Source: Faecalibacterium sp. CAG:74
GTDB lineage: Archaea; Thermoplasmatota; Thermoplasmata; Methanomassiliicoccales; Methanomethylophilaceae
Direction: 5' to 3'
DNA: 64,000 bases
Assembly: GCA_963635855.1 (NCBI GenBank)
Contig: CAVHHN010000001.1
Span: 1,820-65,819, forward strand
Part shown: one piece after another, positions 10,041 to 19,321 of the stretch
Layout of the letters: each line of letters opens with the position of its first letter
Numbering within the stretch: the first letter of the stretch is position 1
Made by a program: the position numbers and the translations under genes
Notes under the pieces: model-generated
Told to the model about the DNA's origin: nothing
The model's input: only the letters and a program-made list of their open reading frames with translations
The model's database searches: none

Positions 10041-11052
10041 CCTGATCATCGAGATCGTCATCGTGCCTCAATTTGGGAAGGTGGTGGTGAATGCGTGCCA
10101 TGAAATCCTCCTTCTCTACTGGTGGCTCCCTGACCAAGATATTGATGAAAACACCATCGTTACCGTAGATACGAAGATTGTCCCTTTCTGGAGAAACTAT
10201 CATCTGGACCACATCGAAATGATGGCCCTGCATGAACTGCCCGCGATTGTAAGGGATTATCCTCCCATGAAGGATCGGATCTCCCCTCATCTGCTGGAAT
10301 AATACCCTGACCCCATTATCTCCTCCAAGAAGATTCAACCTCAGTTCTTTCTCCACCGGCCCCACGTCAAAGACGGCCCAACTACTTTTGTCCAAAAGCA
10401 TATCCAAACTGTCTGGGGTTATGTACATGTTCTTATCGGAGTGAAGGACAGGTTCCAATGCCTCAAGATTGTACTCGATCCTTTTTGTCGGGAACGGGAC
10501 CCATATTCCCCTACGTGTCAGGATCCATATGAATACCGCATTGACGAACATGATCGGAAGGATACTCGAATATTCCAGGAACATCTCCGCCCAGGTGATG
10601 CGGTTGTACCAGTCAATAAAGAACGGAATAATGATCATGAGCATCTGTACTCCGGCCGCCACACAGATCTTGACAACATACCTCCGATATTCGAACAAGT
10701 AAGCCACGGAGAACCCGATCTCAGCAATACCCAGAAGCAATGTTAAGAACGCTAGGATAACATCGATATCATATGCGTAATCCAAGAAAAGAAGGTTCTG
10801 TAAAATGGTTGAAAAACCCAACGCTGTACCGCATAGGAAAATACACAGGTGCACATTCATGTCCCTATGCAGGATAAGCCATAATCCTAACAATAGTAGG
10901 ATAGAGTAGGAGATCAGATACAGGATAGATTCGGACTCGAACGAGAAAGAAAATGCCTCTAGAAGAAGGTAATACGCTTCTGCTAAGACCAAAGCCGAAC
11001 CTAAGATGAGAACGACAGATGTGCCCTTGATCGTAAGGTCAATATTTTTCAT
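10030..11052 (-). CDS. Hypothetical polytopic membrane protein with a C-terminal soluble domain (paralog of the upstream gene)
   Basis: About 6 TM segments followed by a roughly 150-aa soluble tail. ATGA overlap with the upstream gene at 11049-11052. Confidence 0.5.
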   Translation of the reverse strand: MKNIDLTIKGTSVVLILGSALVLAEAYYLLLEAFSFSFESESILYLISYSILLLLGLWLILHRDMNVHLCIFLCGTALGFSTILQNLLFLDYAYDIDVILAFLTLLLGIAEIGFSVAYLFEYRRYVVKICVAAGVQMLMIIIPFFIDWYNRITWAEMFLEYSSILPIMFVNAVFIWILTRRGIWVPFPTKRIEYNLEALEPVLHSDKNMYITPDSLDMLLDKSSWAVFDVGPVEKELRLNLLGGDNGVRVLFQQMRGDPILHGRIIPYNRGQFMQGHHFDVVQMIVSPERDNLRIYGNDGVFINILVREPPVEKEDFMARIHHHLPKLRHDDDLDDQVKP

Positions 11053-12101
11053 GATGCAACCTCGATCTCAGGATCATCCACACGGAGTTGCATGCATACC
11101 CCCTGTCTTCCAAAAACACGTAACCATCTGCAATCGAGTTCGTCAGTGAACAGTAATGAGGATGTTGCAGAAAACCGATAGGCCTGAATCAAAGTTCCAT
11201 CAAGATGGTCTGAAACTGTGAAATACAATTCATCAGAGGTATTCCATTTCTGAACCAAGACCTCGGACCGACCATCCTTGTTCATTATACCGAACCGGTA
11301 TTCGCAGGTCGCGGGCCCACCGTCGGTGACCGGGGTCCATCCAGACCTATCCTCAAAAGCCCTTGAAAGTACATTGGCCACATCCAAAGAGATGTATGTC
11401 TCAGAATCGGTATATTGTGTGCAACGTATCTTATTAAGCACTTCATTGTGAATAGCAAGGATATCTGATGCACGCAAGGTCTCCGAATCGAGGAGACCTA
11501 TGTAGATCGCATACATCAGGCATACAAGCACCTGACCGGTATATATGGTCAAAATATCATGTACAGATGCTCCCATGTGCAACGTGAACACAAGCGCCAA
11601 TAAGTATATGAGAAGGATCGTAAGAGTGGATATCATCAGACTTATACGATTACGGCTGACCCCCCGAAGATAATAACGTCCTGAGACCATCAGATTGATC
11701 CCCAACCCAGTGACGACAAGATAGAACAACCCAATGGGGCCTGGGTGGATGTGTGGCGCATAAGTTATAAATCTATATCCACCAAGAGCAAGCGCATATA
11801 TCCCTACAGAACGCAAGAGATTACGGTTACGGTCGAGAAGGATGATCAACCCACCGATAAGCAGGAAAAGATATCCTAAGGTCTCATACCACCTCAAGTA
11901 GTAATAAACAAAATTTTCATACAACCTATCCGCAGAATATACGACCATCAATGTTGCAAGAATTACATTGTAAAATTTGACAACAAAACCGACCGAAGAA
12001 TGAACGAAGTTGCTGATATCCTGCGAACTGACCTTGTGCATGAGATCTCCAATTGTATGTTCAATTGCACCATTGTTTAATATTATTATGTGTACGTTCA
12101 A
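11049..12101 (-). CDS. Hypothetical polytopic membrane protein with a C-terminal soluble domain (paralog of the downstream gene)
   Basis: Same architecture as 10030-11052. The tails align by eye around YISLDVANVL...GW versus YITPDSLDML...SW. Confidence 0.5.
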   Translation of the reverse strand: MNVHIIILNNGAIEHTIGDLMHKVSSQDISNFVHSSVGFVVKFYNVILATLMVVYSADRLYENFVYYYLRWYETLGYLFLLIGGLIILLDRNRNLLRSVGIYALALGGYRFITYAPHIHPGPIGLFYLVVTGLGINLMVSGRYYLRGVSRNRISLMISTLTILLIYLLALVFTLHMGASVHDILTIYTGQVLVCLMYAIYIGLLDSETLRASDILAIHNEVLNKIRCTQYTDSETYISLDVANVLSRAFEDRSGWTPVTDGGPATCEYRFGIMNKDGRSEVLVQKWNTSDELYFTVSDHLDGTLIQAYRFSATSSLLFTDELDCRWLRVFGRQGVCMQLRVDDPEIEVAS

Positions 12102-12191
12102 AACAAGAATCGGAACATGTCTTCATGGTTCGATGGGAACAACGACCTTCGATACAAGTTCTGCCCTATGTTCCAAATGCCTATCAACACC

Positions 12192-12770
12192 CTATATGCT
12201 GGAACTGTACCAATGACCGTAATCGACCATGTTGAGAAGGGTGTCAAGCCTTTCGTCGCCACCTTTGCCCCAAGATTGAGGGTATGTTGAAGTGAACACG
12301 TGATCCACCTTTTTTCCAACACGATCAAGATTGGACTTAGCCTCGGACAGGTCCTCATCGGATATCTGTTGTTCAGGCCACCAGGACCAATATTTTTCGG
12401 ATTCGGAATGATCTTCCGAAAGTGCTCCCCCCATGGTCAAAATCTTTCTACCACCGATCGTGAACACCTGTCCGCGCATTATATGATATATCCCACGAGA
12501 AATGACCTGTATCTTTCCACCATTCCAAGGAAAAACCGGATACTCCGATAAAAGATCGTAATCATCATATGCTCCGTCGAGGAACAATACGGAACATGGA
12601 AGATCGCGATATGCAGAGATCACATTATCAAGATCGACATGCGGTTCAGTGACCCCGCACCCGCCCAGGATCACAAGATAGTCTTCCTCCCCCATTGTAC
12701 GAACAACAGGGTCGGAAAGAAGGCGTTTGTAACCAGCCTGCCCCCGGGAGTCGCCGGTCACAGCGATCAC
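12192..12770 (-). CDS. Metallophosphoesterase-like protein with substituted catalytic motifs (probable pseudoenzyme)
   Basis: The layout matches small calcineurin-like phosphoesterases (HIMRGQVFTIGGRKILTMGGA, WWPEQQIS). The expected D-x-H, GD and GNH(D/E) motifs read TGDSRG, LGGCG and LDGAYDD instead. Confidence 0.45.
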   Translation of the reverse strand: MIAVTGDSRGQAGYKRLLSDPVVRTMGEEDYLVILGGCGVTEPHVDLDNVISAYRDLPCSVLFLDGAYDDYDLLSEYPVFPWNGGKIQVISRGIYHIMRGQVFTIGGRKILTMGGALSEDHSESEKYWSWWPEQQISDEDLSEAKSNLDRVGKKVDHVFTSTYPQSWGKGGDERLDTLLNMVDYGHWYSSSI

Positions 12771-13699
12771 TCCACCGACCCCATGGTATGCTTGCGATGA
12801 AGTAAGGATGCAACGATCGTGATAGCCAAAACAACAAGTATGAACGCCAGAGAGGACAACACACTTATCTCACAGACGTCCGCAGCAGAAATGAGCATTT
12901 TGACACCGATGAATGCCAGAATGACCCCTAGTCCGTATTTGAGGTAATCCAAAGCGTTAAGGGCACCGTTGATCACGAAGAACATGGACCTAAGTCCCAG
13001 CACCGCGAAGATATTGGATGCATAAACAATGAAAATATCGGTTGTGATGGAAAGTGCAGCGGGAATCGAATCGAAAGCAAACATAATGTCACTCAACTCG
13101 ATTACGATCAAGCAAAGGAACAAAGGTGTGGCCACACGGACCCCGTTCTCGACAGTGAAAAATTTGTTGCTGGAACAATCATCGGTGGCCCGAATATGCT
13201 TGCTCAGTTTGTAAGCCAGGGAGTTCTTCTGATCATCATCTCCCTCCTTTGAAAACACGGTCTTGAATGCGGTGTACAAGAGTAACAGTCCGAACACATA
13301 CATCATAAAGTCGAATCTGGACAGTAACTCCGCACCGATGAAAATGAATACCGCCCTGAAAAATATAGCTCCCAAGATCCCCCAGAATAAGACCTTGTGC
13401 TGATCAGCGGCCGGGATCATGAACAATCCGAACAGGACTATGAACACAAAGAGATTGTCGACCGACATCGACAGTTCTATCACATATGCTGCAAAATAGG
13501 AGGTTGCATGGTCTGCATCCAAACTGAAATAGATCAGAATACCGAATGCGATCGCCACAGCGACATACAATGCTACAAATGCACTCGCTTTCTTGACACT
13601 GATGGTGCCACCTTTGCGTTCGACGAAAAACAGATCGAACACCATAAGCACCAAGAACACTGCTATGAAAACGAACCAAAGAGTAGTTTCAGATACCAT
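12767..13699 (-). CDS. TerC/Alx-family integral membrane protein
   Basis: 310 aa, polytopic, with the TerC-type motif ELSMSVDNLFVFIVLF and a second half-repeat ELSDIMFAFDSIPA. Confidence 0.8.
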   Translation of the reverse strand: MVSETTLWFVFIAVFLVLMVFDLFFVERKGGTISVKKASAFVALYVAVAIAFGILIYFSLDADHATSYFAAYVIELSMSVDNLFVFIVLFGLFMIPAADQHKVLFWGILGAIFFRAVFIFIGAELLSRFDFMMYVFGLLLLYTAFKTVFSKEGDDDQKNSLAYKLSKHIRATDDCSSNKFFTVENGVRVATPLFLCLIVIELSDIMFAFDSIPAALSITTDIFIVYASNIFAVLGLRSMFFVINGALNALDYLKYGLGVILAFIGVKMLISAADVCEISVLSSLAFILVVLAITIVASLLHRKHTMGSVE

Positions 13700-13753
13700 T
13701 ATAATCCATGCAATCCCGAAATAGTTTAAAAACCCCCCAGGTGGGGGGAGATG

Positions 13754-14902
13754 TCAGACAGAGGATTTCCGGTCGAAAATACCTTTTTTGGTCCTTTTAG
13801 ATGACCTTTTTCCTGCATCTTGATCTAGTTTCTCGAGGAGTTCCCGCTCTTCGGCCGAAACGCTTTTGGGAATGATGACCCCAAGTTTGATGTAAAGGTT
13901 GCCACGGGTCGAACGATGAAGTCCTGGAAGTCCCTGTTCCGAAACCTTCAACACGGTCCCGACCTGGGAGGCTTTAGGTATGGAGACCTCGATATTCTTG
14001 CCATCGATGGTCTTGACCTCGATGGTTCCCCCAAGGACCAATCTGGGATATGGCACTTCGGCGACCATCCAGAGATCCGATCCGTTACGTTCGAAATCTT
14101 TGTTGGCCTTGACGTGTATGAACACATACAGATCACCAGCAGGACCGCCGTTCGGACCTGCGTCACCAGCTCCTGAAATGCGCATACGCGAATTGTCATC
14201 GATACCTTTGGGAATGTTGATGCTGATCTTCTGCTCCTTGTTGATACGTCCCGAACCATTACAGCGAGAACATGGCTCAACAGGGATCTTTCCACGCCCT
14301 TTACAACGAGGACAGTCTGTGACCATCCTACTTTGCCCGAACATTGTGCGTTGGACCTGTTGGACCACACCCTGTCCACCACATTGCGAACACGACTGGG
14401 TCTTCCCATCCTTTGCACCGGATCCGTCACATTGAGTACACTTGACGGCATGTCTTATGCTGAGGGTGACGTCCTTTCCGTTCAGGACATCAAGAAGGCC
14501 GATCTCAAGATCGTAACGGAGATCGTCCCCCTGACGCGGGCCACTGGGGCCCCGGGAACGCCTGCCCCCACCGCCGAACATCCCACCGAACATTTCGTTC
14601 AGGATCTCGCTGAGGTCATCTCCGTGGGTGAAATCACCCATGTCGAATCCACCGGCCCCGAACGATCCGTCCACGCCCGCATGACCATATTGATCGTACA
14701 GGGAACGTTTGTTCTCATCCGAAAGGACCTCGTAAGCCTCGGAGATCTCCTTGAACTTGGCCTCCGCAACATCTTTGGGCTCCGTAGAAACGTCAGGATG
14801 GTATTTCTTGACGAGAGTACGGTACGCCTTTTTGATCTCATCGGAGGTGGCGGTCTTGGAGACCCCGAGGACCTCATAGTAGTCCTTTTTCGATTCTGCC
14901 AT
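13754..14902 (-). CDS. dnaJ: Molecular chaperone DnaJ
   Basis: J-domain with HPD (KKYHPDV), a G/F-rich linker, and four CxxCxGxG zinc motifs ([32 protein letters not shown]). Confidence 0.95.
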   Translation of the reverse strand: MAESKKDYYEVLGVSKTATSDEIKKAYRTLVKKYHPDVSTEPKDVAEAKFKEISEAYEVLSDENKRSLYDQYGHAGVDGSFGAGGFDMGDFTHGDDLSEILNEMFGGMFGGGGRRSRGPSGPRQGDDLRYDLEIGLLDVLNGKDVTLSIRHAVKCTQCDGSGAKDGKTQSCSQCGGQGVVQQVQRTMFGQSRMVTDCPRCKGRGKIPVEPCSRCNGSGRINKEQKISINIPKGIDDNSRMRISGAGDAGPNGGPAGDLYVFIHVKANKDFERNGSDLWMVAEVPYPRLVLGGTIEVKTIDGKNIEVSIPKASQVGTVLKVSEQGLPGLHRSTRGNLYIKLGVIIPKSVSAEERELLEKLDQDAGKRSSKRTKKGIFDRKSSV

Positions 14903-14922
14903 AGGTGCTCACCTCAATAGAC

Positions 14923-16818
14923 TCAGTTCTTGTCGTCATCATCGACGATCTTGTAGTCCGCATTGACGACATTGTCATCAGATGCGTCCTTAGGACCGTT
15001 TTCAGAGCTGTTCTGCTCTGGCTGGCTGTAGGTTTCTTGGCCGCCCTGTTGCTGCTCAGAGGACGCATTCTTGTAGATCTTTTCAGAGATGGGTCCGATA
15101 GCATTTGTGAGGGCAGTGGTCTTAGCCTTGATGTCGTCGATATCATCGGATTTCATGGCCGACTCGAGATCTTTGATGGCACCCTCGATCTGAGTACGCT
15201 CCTCTTGAGTGACCTTCTCACCGAGTTCTTCGAGAGCTTTGTTGGTGGTGTACACCATGGTCTCGGCCTGGTTACGGGTATTGATGAGCTCTTCCTTCTT
15301 CTTGTCAGCATCAGCGAACTGTTCCGCGTCCTTGATGGCAGCGTCGATCTCTTCTTTGGAAAGCTTGTTGGAGGAAGCGATGGTGATCTTCTGCTCCTTT
15401 CCGGTACCGAGGTCCTTTGCGGAGACATTGATGATACCATTGGCATCGATATCGAATGTGACCTCGATCTGCGGTACACCACGCTTTGCAGGGGGTATTC
15501 CGTCAAGGTTGAATCTACCGAGACTGGTGTTGTCAGCGGCCATCTTCCTCTCACCCTGCACGACATTGATCTCCACAGAGGGCTGATTGTCGACAGCGGT
15601 GGAGAACACCTGCGATTTCTTAGTGGGGATGGTGGTGTTACGCTCGATGAGCCTGGTGGCGACACCTCCGAGGGTCTCGATACTGAGAGACAGAGGAGTG
15701 ACATCCAACAGGAGAACGTCTTTGACATCTCCGGAAAGGACGGCACCCTGAATGGCCGCACCCATGGAAACACATTCCATCGGATCGACACCGTGCTGGA
15801 TCTTGGGCCCGACGATGTTCTCGACGAAGTTCTGGATGATCGGCATCCTGGTAGGTCCACCGACCATGATGACCTTGTCGATCTTGTCGGAGGAAAGATT
15901 TGCATCGCGCATTGCCTGCTCGATAGGCGCACGGCACCTCTCCACAACAGGTGTTATGAGTTCCTCGAGTTTCGAACGGGTGATGGTCTGCACCAAGTGT
16001 TTAGGTCCAGAAGCATCGGCGGTGATGAACGGGAGGTTGATCTCGGTCTGCATTATTGTAGACAGTTCGATCTTTGCCTTTTCTGCGGCCTCTCTCACAC
16101 GGACGAATGCGGCATGATCTTTGGAAAGATCGATACCGGTCTCGTTCTGGAACTGCTTGATGACGTAGTTGGTGAGGGCCTCATCCATATCAGATCCTCC
16201 GAGAGCGGTATCTCCGGAAGTGGACATGACCTCGAACACTCCATCGGAGAAATCCATGATGGTGACATCCAAAGTTCCTCCTCCGAGATCGAAGACAAGG
16301 ATCTTCTGTGATTCTCCTGCTTTGTCAAGACCGTATGCGAGGGCTGCCGCAGTAGGCTCGTTGATGATACGGACCACATCGAGACCTGCGATGGCACCTG
16401 CGTCTTTGGTGGCCTGCCTCTGATTGTCGTTGAAGTATGCAGGAACGGTGATGACAGCTTTGTCGACCGTTTCACCAAGGAATTTTTCCGCATCTTTCTT
16501 GATCTTTCCGAGGATGTATGCAGAGATCTGCTGAGGGGTGTACTCTTTTCCGAGGGCAGTGACCTTCTCGTTGGTTCCCATTTTCCTCTTGACGTTCTTG
16601 ATGGTTCCATCAGGGTTAGTGACAGCCTGTCTCCTTGCGGGTTCACCGACAAGAAGCTGTCCATCCTTGGTAAATGCAACGTAGGAAGGGAAGGATTTTC
16701 CTCCTACACTGGTACCCTCTGCGCTGGGGATGATGGTGGGCCTACCACCTTCCATCACAGATGCGGCAGAGTTACTGGTTCCGAGATCGATTCCGATAAT
16801 TTTAGACATATTTTTCAC
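14923..16818 (-). CDS. dnaK: Molecular chaperone DnaK (Hsp70)
   Basis: [19 protein letters not shown] and the full-length Hsp70 layout; 631 aa. Confidence 0.97.
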   Translation of the reverse strand: MKNMSKIIGIDLGTSNSAASVMEGGRPTIIPSAEGTSVGGKSFPSYVAFTKDGQLLVGEPARRQAVTNPDGTIKNVKRKMGTNEKVTALGKEYTPQQISAYILGKIKKDAEKFLGETVDKAVITVPAYFNDNQRQATKDAGAIAGLDVVRIINEPTAAALAYGLDKAGESQKILVFDLGGGTLDVTIMDFSDGVFEVMSTSGDTALGGSDMDEALTNYVIKQFQNETGIDLSKDHAAFVRVREAAEKAKIELSTIMQTEINLPFITADASGPKHLVQTITRSKLEELITPVVERCRAPIEQAMRDANLSSDKIDKVIMVGGPTRMPIIQNFVENIVGPKIQHGVDPMECVSMGAAIQGAVLSGDVKDVLLLDVTPLSLSIETLGGVATRLIERNTTIPTKKSQVFSTAVDNQPSVEINVVQGERKMAADNTSLGRFNLDGIPPAKRGVPQIEVTFDIDANGIINVSAKDLGTGKEQKITIASSNKLSKEEIDAAIKDAEQFADADKKKEELINTRNQAETMVYTTNKALEELGEKVTQEERTQIEGAIKDLESAMKSDDIDDIKAKTTALTNAIGPISEKIYKNASSEQQQGGQETYSQPEQNSSENGPKDASDDNVVNADYKIVDDDDKN

Positions 16819-16824
16819 CTCAAT

Positions 16825-17424
16825 TTAGTTTGTATTGTTATCATTCTCAGCAGTTTTCTCATCCTGCTCAGGAGCCGCTTCCTGCTCCTTCATCTTGGTG
16901 ACCGCGACCTTGGCGAACCTCAGCACGTGGCCGTTCATCAAATACCCTTTCTGGTACACTTGGGCGATCTTATTGTCCTCTTCACCTTCTATGACCATCA
17001 GCGCCTCATGCATTTCTGGGTCGAAACCCTTGTCCGTAGGCACCTCGGTCACACCCTGGGATTCCAGGATCTTGATCAAATTTCCTCTGACTGCTTTCAC
17101 TCCGACGGCCAACGGATCTTCTGGATCCTTGGCTGTGGAAAGAGCCCTTTCCAGGTCGTCTGAGACATCCAACAGCTCTTTGACGAGACCGTTGGTCGCA
17201 AACTTCCTGTAATCGGCCATCTCTCTTTCGGTCCTCTTACGATAGTTATCGAATTCAGCTAAGGTGCGCTGGTAACGTTCGAGATTCTCCTTCGTTTCAG
17301 CCTTGAACTTTTCGAGTTCCTTCTCAAGTTCCGCAATAGGTTGTGATGTGGTTTCCTTTTCGGCAGAGGAGGGGTCAGCGACTTTGGCCTTCTCGTCGGA
17401 TTTTTCTTTAGACTTACCAGTCAT
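16825..17424 (-). CDS. grpE: Nucleotide exchange factor GrpE
   Basis: Coiled-coil N-terminus plus a GrpE beta-domain C-terminus (GYLMNGHVLRFAKV). The start was trimmed to ATG 17424, which is preceded by GAGAGGAT. Confidence 0.88.
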   Translation of the reverse strand: MTGKSKEKSDEKAKVADPSSAEKETTSQPIAELEKELEKFKAETKENLERYQRTLAEFDNYRKRTEREMADYRKFATNGLVKELLDVSDDLERALSTAKDPEDPLAVGVKAVRGNLIKILESQGVTEVPTDKGFDPEMHEALMVIEGEEDNKIAQVYQKGYLMNGHVLRFAKVAVTKMKEQEAAPEQDEKTAENDNNTN

Positions 17425-17450
17425 ACATATCCTCTCTGAGTAATTTTGAA

Positions 17451-17464
17451 GGGGCCGAAGCCCC
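17451..17464 (-). terminator. GC hairpin between ths and grpE
   Basis: GGGGC-CGAA-GCCCC lies 19 nt after the thermosome stop. Confidence 0.35.
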
Positions 17465-17482
17465 ATTTATCGGTACTTTTGC

Positions 17483-19099
17483 TCACTCACCGGGCATTCC
17501 GCCACCAGCAGGTGCGGGGGCGGATTTAGATGCGATGACGTCATCGATCCTGAGGATCATGATGGCTGCATCGGTAGCAGAATTGATTGCCTGTTTTCCG
17601 ATCCTGTAAGGCTCGATGACATCGAGCTTCAACATGTCCTCCACTTTGCCAGAGAACGGGTTGATACCTGCATAGATCTTTCCGGCCTTGTGCTGCCTCC
17701 TGAGTTCGATGACCATGTTGATGGGGTCGAGACCCGCGTTGTCAGCAAGGGTGGTGGGGATGATCTCCATTGCAGAGGCGAATGCCTCGATGGCGATCTG
17801 TTCTCTTCCGCCGACAGATGCGGCGTAATCCCTGATTCCCATGGCGAGTTCCATTGCAGTGGATCCGCCTCCGGTGCAGATGAGTCCATCTTCAATGGAC
17901 ACTTTGACAACAGACCAGGCATCCACGAGAGACCTCTCGACCTCGTCAGTGACGTGGTTGGTTCCTCCCCTTACGAGGATGGAGACGGTCTTGGGGTCCT
18001 TGCAACCAGTGACGAATGTCATCTGTTCATCACCGATGAACCTGAGTTCAACGGAGTCTGCATATCCAAGGTCATCAGCTGTGAGTTCGGAGATCTTGCT
18101 GACGATGTTGGCAGAACAGGATTTGCCGAGCCTCTCCATATCGCTCTTCTTCACACGGCGGCAGGCATAGATGCCTTCCCTGGCGAAGAAGTGCTGGGCG
18201 AGGTCGTCGATACCTTTCTGACAGAAGACCACGTTGGCACCGGCCTTCTTGCATGCGTCGACGAGAGCTTTGAGGGTTTTCTCTTCTTCTTTGATGAATT
18301 GGGAGAGCATTTCAGGGTCGGTAATCTGGATCTTTGCGTCCATCTCAGGCTTCTTGACCTCGAATGCACCGTCAATGAGTGCGATCTTCGCGTTCTTGAC
18401 AATCTTAGGCATAGTGGGGGAAACAGGTTCCTTGTCGATGATGAGTCCTTTGACGAGCTCGGACTCTTCCATGTTGGCACCGGCCTTCTTCACGGTACAG
18501 ATGTTCTTGAGGTTGGCGAAATACTTACCCTCTTCATCTTTCTCGATAATGGTCTTGACAGCTTCAACAACCATCTTGGAGAAGAAGTCCTTCGAAGAGT
18601 TGATCTGTTTGCTGTTCATGGAGACCTGAGCGATCTTGAGGAGGAGTGCCTCATCTTTGATGGAGACCTTCTTGGAGACCTTTTTGAGAATCTCCTGTGC
18701 TTTGTCGTTAGCAAGCCTGTATCCCGCGGTGATGATAGTGGGGTGGACGTTGGAGTCGATCAGATCGAGCGCCTTCTTAAGAAGCTCTCCAGCGATGATG
18801 ACGGAGGTTGTGGTTCCGTCTCCGACCTCTTGGTCCTGAGCCTTGGCGACCTCTACGAGCATCTTTGCTGCAGGGTGCTGAACATCCATTTCCTTAAGGA
18901 TAGTGACCCCGTCGTTGGTGATCACAACATCTCCGATGGAGTCGACGAGCATCTTGTCCATACCCCTGGGACCAAGACTGCTGCGGACAGCGTCAGCAAT
19001 GGTCCTTGCTGCGGTGATGTTGTTGAACTGTGCGTCCTTTCCTTTCTCTCTTTTGCTTCCTTCTCTGAGGATCAGTACAGGTGCGTTACCCATTCCCAT
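17483..19099 (-). CDS. ths: Thermosome subunit (group II chaperonin)
   Basis: [18 protein letters not shown] and GDGTTT motifs. The start was trimmed to ATG 19099 ([11 protein letters not shown]), preceded by AAAGGAGAA; the upstream extension is implausible in composition. Confidence 0.93.
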   Translation of the reverse strand: MGMGNAPVLILREGSKREKGKDAQFNNITAARTIADAVRSSLGPRGMDKMLVDSIGDVVITNDGVTILKEMDVQHPAAKMLVEVAKAQDQEVGDGTTTSVIIAGELLKKALDLIDSNVHPTIITAGYRLANDKAQEILKKVSKKVSIKDEALLLKIAQVSMNSKQINSSKDFFSKMVVEAVKTIIEKDEEGKYFANLKNICTVKKAGANMEESELVKGLIIDKEPVSPTMPKIVKNAKIALIDGAFEVKKPEMDAKIQITDPEMLSQFIKEEEKTLKALVDACKKAGANVVFCQKGIDDLAQHFFAREGIYACRRVKKSDMERLGKSCSANIVSKISELTADDLGYADSVELRFIGDEQMTFVTGCKDPKTVSILVRGGTNHVTDEVERSLVDAWSVVKVSIEDGLICTGGGSTAMELAMGIRDYAASVGGREQIAIEAFASAMEIIPTTLADNAGLDPINMVIELRRQHKAGKIYAGINPFSGKVEDMLKLDVIEPYRIGKQAINSATDAAIMILRIDDVIASKSAPAPAGGGMPGE

Positions 19100-19158
19100 G
19101 ATAGTTTCTCCTTTGTTCTGCTTTGCGCAGAAGATGAGATAGTAATGGATTGTTCTTC

Positions 19159-19167
19159 TATATAAAC
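19159..19167 (-). promoter_or_regulatory. TATA box candidate for ths, with an adjacent imperfect palindrome
   Basis: TTTATATAG on the minus strand lies 60-68 nt upstream of ATG 19099. Immediately upstream is GAGAGTT-GAT-AACTCTT (19172-19188), an imperfect inverted repeat. Confidence 0.4.
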
Positions 19168-19270
19168 ATATCGAGAGTTGATAACTCTTGGTTACAAACA
19201 TATTGGATGAGTATTATCAATTGTCTGGCTTGTCTGAAAACAGTCAAAATTTGTATTATTTTTACACATT

Positions 19271-19309
19271 CCCAATTAGGAATTAAAATGTAAATTTATC
19301 CTAATTGGG
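19271..19309. repeat. Perfect 11-bp inverted repeat (hairpin) in the gltB/ths intergenic region
   Basis: CCCAATTAGGA-N17-TCCTAATTGGG begins 13 nt beyond the gltB stop. It may be a terminator or an operator. Confidence 0.45.
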
Positions 19310-19321
19310 TAATTAAAAGGT

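Noticed and set aside
14905-16311. 468-aa plus-strand ORF (with several others at 15153-16679) overlapping dnaK
   Set aside because: It is antisense or out of frame to an unmistakable Hsp70 gene. The translation is low-complexity (D/L/G/V/R-rich) with no motif, which is typical of a shadow ORF.
17690-19165. 491-aa plus-strand ORF opposite the thermosome gene
   Set aside because: It is a shadow ORF of a highly conserved chaperonin gene, with implausible composition and no motifs.
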